A stretch of DNA of 64,000 nucleotides. Source: Pseudomonadales bacterium. Lineage in GTDB: Bacteria > Pseudomonadota > Gammaproteobacteria > Pseudomonadales > Azotimanducaceae. The translations under genes were made by a program, and so were the position numbers. This document shows, piece after piece, positions 44,871-54,371 of the stretch; position 1 is the stretch's first letter, and the number at the start of each line of letters is the position of its first letter. Below the pieces are notes generated by a model that saw nothing but the letters and a program-made list of their open reading frames with translations, was not told the DNA's origin and did no database searches. The stretch is taken from the NCBI GenBank assembly GCA_028281885.1, contig JANQJA010000011.1, positions 129,200-193,199 of the forward strand, written 5' to 3'.

Positions 44871-45940
44871 GAGATCGTGGCGCTTTTTGTTCGTAGATAG
44901 AGCCAGACTCTCAGTCCGATAAAGCCCCAGAATGAAACGACAATGAAAACGGATATGACCCAGGCTGGCACCTGGCTGATTTCAAGTGCAAACCCGGCGA
45001 GAGAAAAACTGACGGCTAGAGCTAGGATTAAGTGTCGAGCATGAGATTGAGAATAGCCCAGGTCCAAGAGTAGGTGGTGAAGATGGAGCCTGTCGGCGGA
45101 TAGAGGCGATCGACCATGAGCGATCCTCCAGCCCATGAGCACAAGACAGTCGCAAACAGGAACGGCGATGGGGAAGAAAGCGGTGACAGGTTGAATCATA
45201 TTCTTGAATCCTACGCAGACGAGAGCCGTAGCAGCGATGAATCCTATTAGGCGTGCCCCTGAATCTCCTAGGAAGACGACTCTTGATTCCCCAAACCATC
45301 CAACGTTTGCAGCGTAAATGGGAACGAGGGCGATGGTTGCGATAGTAAGGCTTGATAGAATCGGCTGATTCCATCCTGTGTGCAGTATTACAAGCCCTAT
45401 CGTAGTCAAAAAGCTTATGATTCCTAAGCTCGTGCAGAGTCCATCGATGCCGTCTGCCATGTTGAAGGCGTTACTCGCAGCAACAAAACAGAATATAGTC
45501 ATCGGAATAGAGAAGTAGCCAAGCCAAATTGTTCCGAATCCGAAAAGATCTTCGAGGTCAGTGAGCCTGATCATTCCGAATATACAGATGATCAGAGCCA
45601 ACAATGTGTCAATCGCTAATCGCGTTAGCGAGTGCAGCTCGATTATGTCGTCTATTGCGTGTAGAACGATTAGAGCAAAGAAGCAAATTCCTATCGTTTC
45701 CCACACCATGTCAGAAAAACCCGGAACAGGGACGGTGATATTGGATGCGGCAAATATGATGCATAGCGTCGAAAACAGCGACACGCCGCCGGTTAGGGGA
45801 ATGCTCGCCTCGTGGAACTTTCTATGTTCGTCTGGGTGGTCTATCAACTTCAGAGCTTTACCTAGAGGCCGCAGACCAACGACAAGCACAGCAGATAAGA
45901 TAGCCGTAGCGGGAATTAGCGCCGCAAGATCGGATAGCAC
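44867..45940 (-). CDS. MraY/WecA-family polyprenyl-phosphate N-acetylhexosamine-1-phosphate transferase (initiating enzyme)
   Basis: About 11 TM helices. NAFNMADGIDGL motif and LIDHPDEHRKFHEASIPLTGG N-terminal block of GT4-family (WecA/WbpL-like) phosphoglycosyl transferases. Confidence 0.8.
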   Translation of the reverse strand: MLSDLAALIPATAILSAVLVVGLRPLGKALKLIDHPDEHRKFHEASIPLTGGVSLFSTLCIIFAASNITVPVPGFSDMVWETIGICFFALIVLHAIDDIIELHSLTRLAIDTLLALIICIFGMIRLTDLEDLFGFGTIWLGYFSIPMTIFCFVAASNAFNMADGIDGLCTSLGIISFLTTIGLVILHTGWNQPILSSLTIATIALVPIYAANVGWFGESRVVFLGDSGARLIGFIAATALVCVGFKNMIQPVTAFFPIAVPVCDCLVLMGWRIAHGRSPLSADRLHLHHLLLDLGYSQSHARHLILALAVSFSLAGFALEISQVPAWVISVFIVVSFWGFIGLRVWLYLRTKSATIS

Positions 45941-46117
45941 TTCTTTTTTCTCGACTTTGAGTTGATCAAGGCTAGCACAGATAATTTTTCAGCTATATTG
46001 TAATTGGTTGGGAAGGAGAGATTTTGGGATGAGTGTATGGGTACTCTGTTCTGGTTGGGCGCATAGGTAGCGTGTGATGAGCATATATAACTATAGCACG
46101 CAATACGAGTCAGAGAG

Positions 46118-46909
46118 ATGTCGATCACTAGAATTTTAGGCCGGATTCGGAACGCACTTGTCGTCATTCTAATTGGTCGGTTCAAGTGGAGGTATCTTAG
46201 TTGGGCTTTGACTGAACAGTGGAGGCTAGCGAGGTTTGAAAACATTCACAAAGGTGACGCATGTTTCATCATCGGTAATGGCCCGTCATTAAGACTGATG
46301 GACCTCTCGGCCTTAAATGAATGCCATACATTTGGCTTGAACAAGATTTACCTAATGCAGCAAGAAGTTGATCTTCAGTTGAGCTATCATGTGGCAGTGA
46401 ATGAGCTTGTTGTGCAACAGGGTTTTGAAGAATTGAAGAGATTGCCTTGTCCGAAGTTTCTGTCTTCTAAATCGATTGGCACGCTAAGAAAAAGCGATGA
46501 TATGTTCGTGCTATTGACCGAAGGTGCGAACCTATCCTTTCAAAGTGATCTAACGCGAGAGATGTCAGAAGGATTTACAGTAACTTTTGTCGCAATGCAG
46601 TTGGCATACTACATGGGGTTCGATGAAGTCTTTCTGATTGGTGTTGACCATCATTTTAACGAAACTAGCAAAACTGAAAAACGCCAGTTCTTGAAAGGGG
46701 ATGATCCGAATCACTTCTCGCCTGACTATTTCAAAGATCAAACGTGGGATTTGCCTGATCTCGAAGGTTCTGAACTCGCGTATATGTTAGCGCGTTTTGC
46801 TTTCGAGAGGGATGGGAGAAAGATTTGGGATGCAACGATCAAAGGGAGATTGGAGGTTTTTGAGAAGATTTCCTATAAAGACGCACTTGCCCGAGCAACG
46901 GCGAAGTAG
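46118..46909 (+). CDS. DUF115 (MptE-like / Maf / GT42-like) putative glycosyltransferase
   Basis: CFIIGNGPSL ... GFTVTFVAMQLAYYMGFDEVFLIGVDHHF ... DDPNHFSPDYF. It is a paralogue of the N-terminal domain of the convergent 1519-aa gene. Confidence 0.65.
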   Translation: MSITRILGRIRNALVVILIGRFKWRYLSWALTEQWRLARFENIHKGDACFIIGNGPSLRLMDLSALNECHTFGLNKIYLMQQEVDLQLSYHVAVNELVVQQGFEELKRLPCPKFLSSKSIGTLRKSDDMFVLLTEGANLSFQSDLTREMSEGFTVTFVAMQLAYYMGFDEVFLIGVDHHFNETSKTEKRQFLKGDDPNHFSPDYFKDQTWDLPDLEGSELAYMLARFAFERDGRKIWDATIKGRLEVFEKISYKDALARATAK

Positions 46910-46937
46910 TTATGTGGGACTTCTACGGTCAGCGTGC

Positions 46938-49900
46938 CTACCAATTTAGATCCTTTTCGTAGCCCAGTCGGACTAGAAGATCTCCATATCGTTCCTTGAA
47001 CAAAGATGTAATTTTGGGAGTAAAGTGATTTTGCCATGACTCGACGTCGGATGAACTCGTGTTGCGTAGATTAAGGCCTGCGATTGAAGGAACCTTCAAG
47101 AACGTCGCGATTTGTTTGAGGCACTGCTGCGTATTCGCGGCATAGGCCTCTAGCTTAACTGTCATGATCCGATGGTCGTCGAGATTGGCGCCGATCTGAT
47201 CGGTTAAGACCTCGCCGGATATATTATTGAGCTCGTAGAGAATTCCTTCCTCTTCGCCCAGTTCTCTCAGTTTCGGACGATCGAGAATCAATTTGTCCCA
47301 AACCCAGCCACGATAGTGTGTGTGGTGGTCGGTCTTGTGGTGAAAGTAATTCGAAATCAAAATATGTCTCGGATCCCGAATCACTCGAAGCCCTAGCCAG
47401 TCTTCGGTTGTCTGCTGAACCAGTTCAAGAGACCTTTGCGTTGTATTCGCAAAGACCACGACTTCTCTTTCGTCCTCGGCTAGATTGGAGAGGTCAATAT
47501 TCTGCAGGTCAAGTTCATCCATTTGAGAGTAATGGAAGGGTGGTGATTTGACTTCATAACCCTTAAAGTCTGCTCCAATTAGCTCGGCGACCCTGGAAAA
47601 GACCTCGAATCTGAAAAATCTGGAAGCACACTTGTGGTGACCGAAGAAGACGAGGCGTTGTGGAGCATCAGGATAACGAATTTCACCGAGCTGTCGCTCA
47701 ATCGCCGTTGTGCGTTCTTCGAGGTAAGTTTCTGTAACAGATTGAGCTAGCTGAGCGGCCAGATTGGTCTGTGACTTTTCTAGAGATTCAACTCTCGCGC
47801 TTGCTTTCTCAAGCGAGACTCGCTGAGGCGCAACGAGTTCGTTTAGTTGGAGAACAAGCCTGGTCTCTGCCCTCTGGACGGAGGTATCGATTCGGCGCTG
47901 CAATTGTCGCTTGAAACGATTGAGCGCTGTTTCCAGGTAGCTCAAAGTCAGTAATGTGAAGATGCATGAAAGCGTAAGTACTAATCCAACTGTGAAGAGC
48001 CACCAGATGTAGCTCCCGGTCGTTGTTAGGAACAAAGCGGTCAATTCCAACGCGACTACGACGCACGCGAACGCAGCGAACGATTTGCGTCGAATAGACA
48101 TATTCAAAGCGTGGCGTGCAATGTCAGCCAGGCGGCGAATCGTTCTAGGGGTCTTTTTGTTTCGGAACTGGTGTTCTTCGACTAAATGTACATCTATAGT
48201 GGATCTACTGTCGGCGATGGCTGCATTGTGATCTGCCGCAAAGGTTTCAAGTGTCTCATTCAGTGGCGGGGTTTCCTCCGTTGTTGACAAGTTGTTGTCT
48301 GCATTCGGCGAGGTCGAATTGGTGTCAATATGATCGGGCGATTGAATCAAACCATCCAATGTTTCCAGAAGTGTTGGGCGAGATCCATCTGATTCGGACG
48401 CTGGATGTTCCGGGTGATCAATAGGCCTGGTGGTCGGTCGTGATGGTTGAGGTAGTTCTGCATGCTCAATTACTGGCTTGATCAGTTCGTTCAGCGACTG
48501 GAACAATGACTTCTGCGGCACAACTCGCGTAGTGGAGTCTGAATTGTCCGACCGGCGATGTGGAGACGTCTCGGGCTTGATCGGTTGTATTAGCCTACGC
48601 AATGAGTCGAGCAGGTTCTTCGTTCGTCTTGTCTGGTGTTGTCCTTCATGAATTGCACTTGATCGCTCATCCAGCCGAATTACTTTACTAAGAGCACTGG
48701 TAAGCAGTTGGTCATCGGGTGGGTTTAGGAAGCCAATTAAATTGCCCCAGGATGTTGTGTCTTCAAGCTCACAGGGATAATGTTTGATGCCGCGCCAGTC
48801 GTGCGCGATTCCGTAGCGCTTGATCGGGTACCATTCGCTTACATAAACAGTGTATCCATTTTCTACTAGATAGTCTGCGATATCCTTCCATGTGTGTCCA
48901 AGTCTCGAGGTTTTTGAATCCTCGAACTCGCACTGGACGATTCTTGGTCTGTTAGTTGACCATGGGACGCCGCGCAGTACGGAGAGGTCGTGGCCTTCGA
49001 CATCGATTTTCAGATAGTCGATCTCTCCGAGATTGAATTCTTCAATAACGTCAGTGATTGTCGTAGTGTGAACTACATCAACCTGCTTATGGGAATCTCT
49101 GAATGCCATTAGACCACTAATGCCGGTACTTTCGGGAGATCGAAAGAATGGAACAGCGTTCGAAGTAACGTCGGAAACAGCACGTTCGTCAATGTGAACG
49201 TTTGGTGATTCGGAAAATCTTCGTTGGAGTTGTTCACGGTTCACGGCATCGGGTTCAAAACAGAACGAGTTCCAGCCGTTTTCTACAAAATATGTAGAGC
49301 TCATTCCATGGTGTGCACCGACATCGATCATCTGTCCTGGGGAATCGGTAGCGATTAGCTTTGCAATCAGTTCCGACTCATCGATTCTGGCATGATCGTT
49401 TCGTCGAAACGGTTTTTTGATGAATCTCTGGCTGGAGTGTCCAATGTCTGCTGTTGAATTTAACGCTGAAAGAAATCGATCTCTGATTTCATGGATGTTG
49501 AGAGTCGTTCTGCTGATCGCAAGCGCGTTTGAGATGGTCGCCTTTACGGTTGCAGGATCTGACAAAAGTTGGAGGATCGCATGTTCAATTGCGGAAGTGT
49601 CGATCTCTGAGACAACGAGTGCGCAATCATAGTATTTCAAGAATTCGACTGTCGCCACATTTGACGGTCCATGTGCGAGCGTTGGGACCCCTGACGCGAG
49701 ACACTCAGGCATCTTGTTTGCCAGTGAATACTGGATATAAGTCTTGGACCTATTGTCGAAGTTGTATGCGATCAACAACAAGTCAGCGCCTTGTATCCAC
49801 TTTCGATATTCGTGATCGGGAAGCGTCGAAGAAATGATTTGAGTGTGATCGAGGTTTTCAAATTTGTGCTGTGCTAGATTTCTGAAATATTGGTTGGTCT

Positions 49901-51497
49901 TTATTTCAAATCGGATCGGCTGTGTCATTGCAAGCTTTTCGATGGTCTCGGCCACGCGCACAATGCTATCTAAGGTCATATCTTCTGCGAGCGAGCCGGC
50001 ATATCTCACTAGGATTTCCCGTCCCTCTGGTGGCGTCCAAACCTTAGTTTCCCAATCGTTGGGATCAATGCCATTTGCAATTGGCTCGAAAGACACTCTG
50101 TAGCGTTGCTCAAAAGCATCTGACATCGACTGGCTAATGCTGAAGCATCTGTGAGATCGTTTGAGAAGAATCTTCAAATCTGAAAGTAACTCGGGTGACT
50201 TGGGGTCGCGGGCCCGCTCAAGTGCCATTGGCCAGTCATCCACTATCCATGTTACTAACGGTATAGTTGGCCAGCGTTCTACAAATTTCATAGCAAGTTG
50301 ATGAAGCTTGGAGTTGTTTGGCACCGGCCTATACAATATAACGTCAGGCCGGAAATCTTCGACCAATTGTCTGGCGTCATTGAAGCTTTCGACCACTCTT
50401 TGCTTTCCCATGAATGAGAAATCGACTTGGTCTTCTCCCCCAGAAAAGAATTGTAGGAGGTTTGAGGCCGGCCAATTGGAAAAGATGTTCTTCTTTAGTT
50501 CACCGGTTGCAGTACCGTCCCCGGTCCTAGTGAAGTCGACAAGTAAGCATCTTGGACTATCGCTTGGGCTCAATGGAGAAGCTTTCAATCTTGGCCGATG
50601 GAAGGGAGAAAACAGACTGTCGAAGTTTATGCGAGGAAATACCTCCAGTTCCCCGCCCATTGTTGCGTTCAGAATTTGTTGATTGCTATCGCTTACAACA
50701 GTTCGGGCCTCTTCGTATGCGTCAAGCATCTTGTCGACCTGAGGATCATGCCAGCGGTATCCCTTTCCGAAATAGTCGGGATGGAAGTGATTTGGGTCGT
50801 CGGACTCCATATCGAGGATACCGACTGAATACCGGCTGCCCAGATTTACATCTGTAGGAATCTCATAGTCTGCATCTACACCTATCAGATAGATCTCCTT
50901 AAAGCCCATATAATAAGCAAGTTGCAGACATGTAAATGTTACAGTGCATCCTGCGTATGTGTTCTCTGCTGCATCCGTCGAGAAGTCGAACCCGTCCGGA
51001 TAGCTCTTTCTGGGCAGATGCTTGAAGAAAGTTGTGTTCGGTCCGTCGTCAAGACAGTATGCAAGGTAGATTGGAAAGAGTTTGTGCGGCCCTTTCAACG
51101 CGTTTATCGCATCTTGTCGATCTTCAGCGACAAGGTGGTCTTCGACGACATAAAAGGTCGGAGTCCAGTCTAGATCTGCCATTTTTAGAAAGAATCCGTT
51201 GACGGCAAAAGTCACTTCATTCTTAAGGGCTGCAAGATTGGTTTGGTTAAGGCTGGGTCCGTTGCCAATTACGAAGCACCGCTCTTGATCCTTGTATCGT
51301 TCTCTTAAAGCCCGAAGTTGGGGTTGATAGGTTTGCTCGAAAGTCTCTTCATAGATTCGTTTGACCGCACGTAGGCCCGAAAGGGCTTTGTCAGCACCGA
51401 TTTTCTCTGTAGGGAGAAAAATCTCAGAACGTGTCGGTAGTGACTCGACTATGGAGTCGATCTCCGCTTGTTGCTTAGACTCGGTATTTGAAATCAT
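46938..51497 (-). CDS. 1519-aa multidomain glycan-tailoring protein: DUF115-like + GT1-like + FkbM methyltransferase + repeat linker + TM hairpin + coiled coil + sulfotransferase
   Basis: Residues 70-290: CFVIGNGPSL...CTVTFTCLQLAYYMGFKEIYLIGVDADY. Residues ~315-680: GT1-like (ANKMPECLASGVPTLAHG). Residues ~705-900: FkbM (IDVGAHHGMSS...IDYLKIDVEGHDLSVL). Residues 1139-1187: two TM helices. Residues ~1278-1519: sulfotransferase (LVFFGHHKCASRFF, VIRDPRHILIS). Confidence 0.75.
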   Translation of the reverse strand: MISNTESKQQAEIDSIVESLPTRSEIFLPTEKIGADKALSGLRAVKRIYEETFEQTYQPQLRALRERYKDQERCFVIGNGPSLNQTNLAALKNEVTFAVNGFFLKMADLDWTPTFYVVEDHLVAEDRQDAINALKGPHKLFPIYLAYCLDDGPNTTFFKHLPRKSYPDGFDFSTDAAENTYAGCTVTFTCLQLAYYMGFKEIYLIGVDADYEIPTDVNLGSRYSVGILDMESDDPNHFHPDYFGKGYRWHDPQVDKMLDAYEEARTVVSDSNQQILNATMGGELEVFPRINFDSLFSPFHRPRLKASPLSPSDSPRCLLVDFTRTGDGTATGELKKNIFSNWPASNLLQFFSGGEDQVDFSFMGKQRVVESFNDARQLVEDFRPDVILYRPVPNNSKLHQLAMKFVERWPTIPLVTWIVDDWPMALERARDPKSPELLSDLKILLKRSHRCFSISQSMSDAFEQRYRVSFEPIANGIDPNDWETKVWTPPEGREILVRYAGSLAEDMTLDSIVRVAETIEKLAMTQPIRFEIKTNQYFRNLAQHKFENLDHTQIISSTLPDHEYRKWIQGADLLLIAYNFDNRSKTYIQYSLANKMPECLASGVPTLAHGPSNVATVEFLKYYDCALVVSEIDTSAIEHAILQLLSDPATVKATISNALAISRTTLNIHEIRDRFLSALNSTADIGHSSQRFIKKPFRRNDHARIDESELIAKLIATDSPGQMIDVGAHHGMSSTYFVENGWNSFCFEPDAVNREQLQRRFSESPNVHIDERAVSDVTSNAVPFFRSPESTGISGLMAFRDSHKQVDVVHTTTITDVIEEFNLGEIDYLKIDVEGHDLSVLRGVPWSTNRPRIVQCEFEDSKTSRLGHTWKDIADYLVENGYTVYVSEWYPIKRYGIAHDWRGIKHYPCELEDTTSWGNLIGFLNPPDDQLLTSALSKVIRLDERSSAIHEGQHQTRRTKNLLDSLRRLIQPIKPETSPHRRSDNSDSTTRVVPQKSLFQSLNELIKPVIEHAELPQPSRPTTRPIDHPEHPASESDGSRPTLLETLDGLIQSPDHIDTNSTSPNADNNLSTTEETPPLNETLETFAADHNAAIADSRSTIDVHLVEEHQFRNKKTPRTIRRLADIARHALNMSIRRKSFAAFACVVVALELTALFLTTTGSYIWWLFTVGLVLTLSCIFTLLTLSYLETALNRFKRQLQRRIDTSVQRAETRLVLQLNELVAPQRVSLEKASARVESLEKSQTNLAAQLAQSVTETYLEERTTAIERQLGEIRYPDAPQRLVFFGHHKCASRFFRFEVFSRVAELIGADFKGYEVKSPPFHYSQMDELDLQNIDLSNLAEDEREVVVFANTTQRSLELVQQTTEDWLGLRVIRDPRHILISNYFHHKTDHHTHYRGWVWDKLILDRPKLRELGEEEGILYELNNISGEVLTDQIGANLDDHRIMTVKLEAYAANTQQCLKQIATFLKVPSIAGLNLRNTSSSDVESWQNHFTPKITSLFKERYGDLLVRLGYEKDLNW
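48222..48620 (-). repeat. Four degenerate intragenic peptide repeats in the linker of the 1519-aa protein
   Basis: KNLLDSLRRLIQPIKPE (48570-48620), KSLFQSLNELIKPVIEH (48462-48512), PTLLETLDGLIQSPDHI (48327-48377) and PPLNETLETFAADHNA (48222-48269). They are separated by Pro/Ser/Thr/Asp-rich spacers. Confidence 0.55.
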
Positions 51498-51616
51498 TGC
51501 TTTCCTTGAACATCTAGTACTGGAGTGGCGCTGGAATGATGGTCAGCGCAGCCTCAGTTCGATAATATCGCGACTGGTAGAAAGTGGTCTAGGTTCAAAA
51601 AGATGTTTGAAACATT

Positions 51617-52615
51617 GTGAATGATTTTTGGAAAGATCGGCCCGTAGCCGTGACAGGGGCCAGTGGCTTTATCGCGAGCCACCTTTGTGAGGCGCTTGTT
51701 CAAGTGGGCGCTAGAGTTCGTGCTATCACACACTACGATAGCCGTGCCGAGCAGTCCAATCTGGAATTCGTTAGCGAAGACGTCCGGAGCTCTCTGGAGG
51801 TTATTCCAGGTGATGTTACTGATCCGTGGTTTGTCTCGCGTGTACTTGATGATCAGGATACTGTTTTTCATCTTGCCGCGCTTATCGCGATTCCCTACTC
51901 TTACAGGGCACCAGCTTCATATGTGAAGACAAACGTTGAGGGTACCTTGAACGTGCTTGAGGCGTTTCGCACTTCCTGCGGGCGCAAGCTGGTCCATACG
52001 TCTACATCTGAGGTGTACGGGACGGCGCAATACACGCCCATTGACGAGCAACATCCCCTTCAGGGTCAGTCGCCATATTCAGCATCGAAGATTGGCGCCG
52101 ACAAGATTGCTGAAAGTTACTTTCTATCGTTTGACACGCCTGTGGTGACCCTACGCCCCTTCAACACATATGGTCCTCGCCAAAGCGCGCGGGCAGTTAT
52201 TCCCACGATTATCGCGCAGTGTCTTTCTCAGAGTAGCGAGATTCAGTTGGGGGATTTAAGAACGGTCAGAGATTTCAACTTTGTTCTAGATACTGTGGAT
52301 GCGTTTCTTGAAGTCGCTAGCAACGATTCGTGTATTGGCGAAACCTTTAATGCGGGTTCCGGTGAGGTAGTTACGATCCGAGAGACGGCTGAGATGATTT
52401 TGCGTTTGACGGGAGCGAACAAAGAAATTCGTGAGGATGCTTCGAGGATGCGTCCCGAGAAGAGCGAAGTAAGAGTATTGCGCGCAGATGCATCGAAGCT
52501 AATGTCAGCAACCAAGTGGCAGCCGAGATATTCACTTGAGCAAGGCTTGAAACGAACTATTGATTTTGTGCGTAATCACATCGATACATTTCGACCTGGG
52601 ACAAATGCAATATGA
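51617..52615 (+). CDS. NAD-dependent sugar-nucleotide epimerase/dehydratase (extended SDR)
   Basis: VTGASGFIASHL Rossmann motif and catalytic YSASKIGADK (YxxxK). First gene of an 11-gene co-directional array. Confidence 0.8.
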   Translation: MNDFWKDRPVAVTGASGFIASHLCEALVQVGARVRAITHYDSRAEQSNLEFVSEDVRSSLEVIPGDVTDPWFVSRVLDDQDTVFHLAALIAIPYSYRAPASYVKTNVEGTLNVLEAFRTSCGRKLVHTSTSEVYGTAQYTPIDEQHPLQGQSPYSASKIGADKIAESYFLSFDTPVVTLRPFNTYGPRQSARAVIPTIIAQCLSQSSEIQLGDLRTVRDFNFVLDTVDAFLEVASNDSCIGETFNAGSGEVVTIRETAEMILRLTGANKEIREDASRMRPEKSEVRVLRADASKLMSATKWQPRYSLEQGLKRTIDFVRNHIDTFRPGTNAI

Positions 52616-53349
52616 ATCGTGATGTTGGTGTCCATGCAGTTATCCTGGCTGGTGGTCAAGGTACTAGGTTGAAACCCTATACTACTGTTGTCCCAAAACC
52701 GCTTATGCCGATTGGCGACGTGCCAATTCTTGAGGTCGTATTACGCCAACTTGGCGCCGCTGGTATTAAGCGTGTGACTATTGCGACCGGTTATCTTGCC
52801 CATCTCATTGAGGCATTTGTTGGAGACGGTGTTAGATGGGGACTCGATGTCGATTATTCCTTGGAAGAGCACTCGCTTGGTACGGCGGGTCCGATTGCGC
52901 TTCTGAAAGAGAAGTTAATCGGCTCTGATGTTGTTATTGCGCTCAACGGCGATATTCTTACTACCCTCAATTATCGAGAGGCTATCGATTTTCATCGAAA
53001 CAATGCGGCAGCAGCAACCATTTGCGTCAATCGGAGAGAGCAGTTTGTTGATTTTGGAGTTATTCATTCGGATGAGACAGGGCGCTTCCAGCGATATGAA
53101 GAGAAGCCGACGCTAGAGTATGAAGTCTCGATGGGCATCAACATCTTTTCAACAGAGGCGCTAGAATATTTATTGAAGCCAACCGAGTTCGACAATATTC
53201 CGGATTTGATCACACGATTACATGAAGGGGGTCAAAAGGTTTTTGCTTACAAGGAACCCTGTTATTGGTTGGATATTGGTCGTGTGGACGACTACAATGA
53301 AGCGACTCGGGTTTTCGATGATCGCAGGTCCGAGTTCCTGCCGGATTGA
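52612..53349 (+). CDS. Sugar-1-phosphate nucleotidyltransferase
   Basis: AVILAGGQGTRLKPYTTVVPKPLMPIG signature. 4-nt overlap with the preceding gene. Confidence 0.85.
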   Translation: MNRDVGVHAVILAGGQGTRLKPYTTVVPKPLMPIGDVPILEVVLRQLGAAGIKRVTIATGYLAHLIEAFVGDGVRWGLDVDYSLEEHSLGTAGPIALLKEKLIGSDVVIALNGDILTTLNYREAIDFHRNNAAAATICVNRREQFVDFGVIHSDETGRFQRYEEKPTLEYEVSMGINIFSTEALEYLLKPTEFDNIPDLITRLHEGGQKVFAYKEPCYWLDIGRVDDYNEATRVFDDRRSEFLPD

Positions 53350-53432
53350 ATACTTTGTGTCAAAGGTGGTGTTGGCTTGGGCTGCGAAAGCTTCAGGCAA
53401 ATGATGGCGAGTAGGGGGCAGGTCTAGTCACA

Positions 53433-54371
53433 ATGTCGCTACGTTCTTCGATCCGAAGCTGGTTGAGTGTGACGTTTCGGGTTTGTGTGTCTTGCGGGTT
53501 GCTTGTATTCCTGATACAGAGCATAGACACGACAGAACTGGATTTTTCTGATCTTCCCCTGTCGGGGCTAGATGTTGTAACCGTAGTGATGCTTCTTTGT
53601 CTCGGGGCGGTATCTAATGCTTTTCGGTGGAAACTGATTCTTGTTAGGTGCGGACACGTCATCAGTAGCTTTGAGGCGGTTCGCCTTTTTTTTGTTGGAC
53701 TTTTTTTTAGTCAAGCCTTGCCGACGTCCATTGGAGGAGATGCCGTTAGAGGTTACTACCTTACCAAACTGGGAGTTAGTGTAGAGGATGCGGTCAAGAG
53801 CGTCTTGATAGATCGATTGAGCGGTCTATTTTGTCTATTGATCTTGTCGGGGTCTGGACTTTTCTTGCTCTTACTGCTGAACGTCAGCTTTCAGCTCGTG
53901 GTTGTATTTGGTGTCCTTGTTTTGGCGTCATCGATTGGCTTTGTCTTCCTGGTATCTCTGGACCTGCTTCCATTGTTCACCGTTCCAACCTGGATAAGTC
54001 AAGCCAGAGGGATGTCGCGTAGTGCAAGGAGCATTCTATTTAATCAATCAGAGTACTGGATCTTTACTTTGTCGTTGATTGGTCAGGCGTTGTCGATACA
54101 AGCTTTTATTACGTTGGGCTCCGCGATGAACATCAGTATCGAATTCTACATCTGGTGGGCCTTAATTCCTTCGGTTCTTATCGCGACTATCATTCCGATT
54201 TCTTTAGCTGGATGGGGTGTTCGAGAGGGGCTGATTGTCTACTCTTTAAACGCTTTCGCAGTCGACTCAGAGCGTGCGTTGATAGTTGCAATTTTATTTG
54301 GCTTCGCGCAGGTGATTCGAGCGCTGCCAGGAGGAGTGAGTTGGCTGTTGGATAGTAGAAATGGGAAGTAG
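53433..54371 (+). CDS. UPF0104 / lysyl-PG-synthase-TM-like (flippase-like) membrane protein
   Basis: About 8 TM helices and the LPTSIGGDAVRGYYL motif typical of the flippase-like UPF0104 family. Confidence 0.65.
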   Translation: MSLRSSIRSWLSVTFRVCVSCGLLVFLIQSIDTTELDFSDLPLSGLDVVTVVMLLCLGAVSNAFRWKLILVRCGHVISSFEAVRLFFVGLFFSQALPTSIGGDAVRGYYLTKLGVSVEDAVKSVLIDRLSGLFCLLILSGSGLFLLLLLNVSFQLVVVFGVLVLASSIGFVFLVSLDLLPLFTVPTWISQARGMSRSARSILFNQSEYWIFTLSLIGQALSIQAFITLGSAMNISIEFYIWWALIPSVLIATIIPISLAGWGVREGLIVYSLNAFAVDSERALIVAILFGFAQVIRALPGGVSWLLDSRNGK

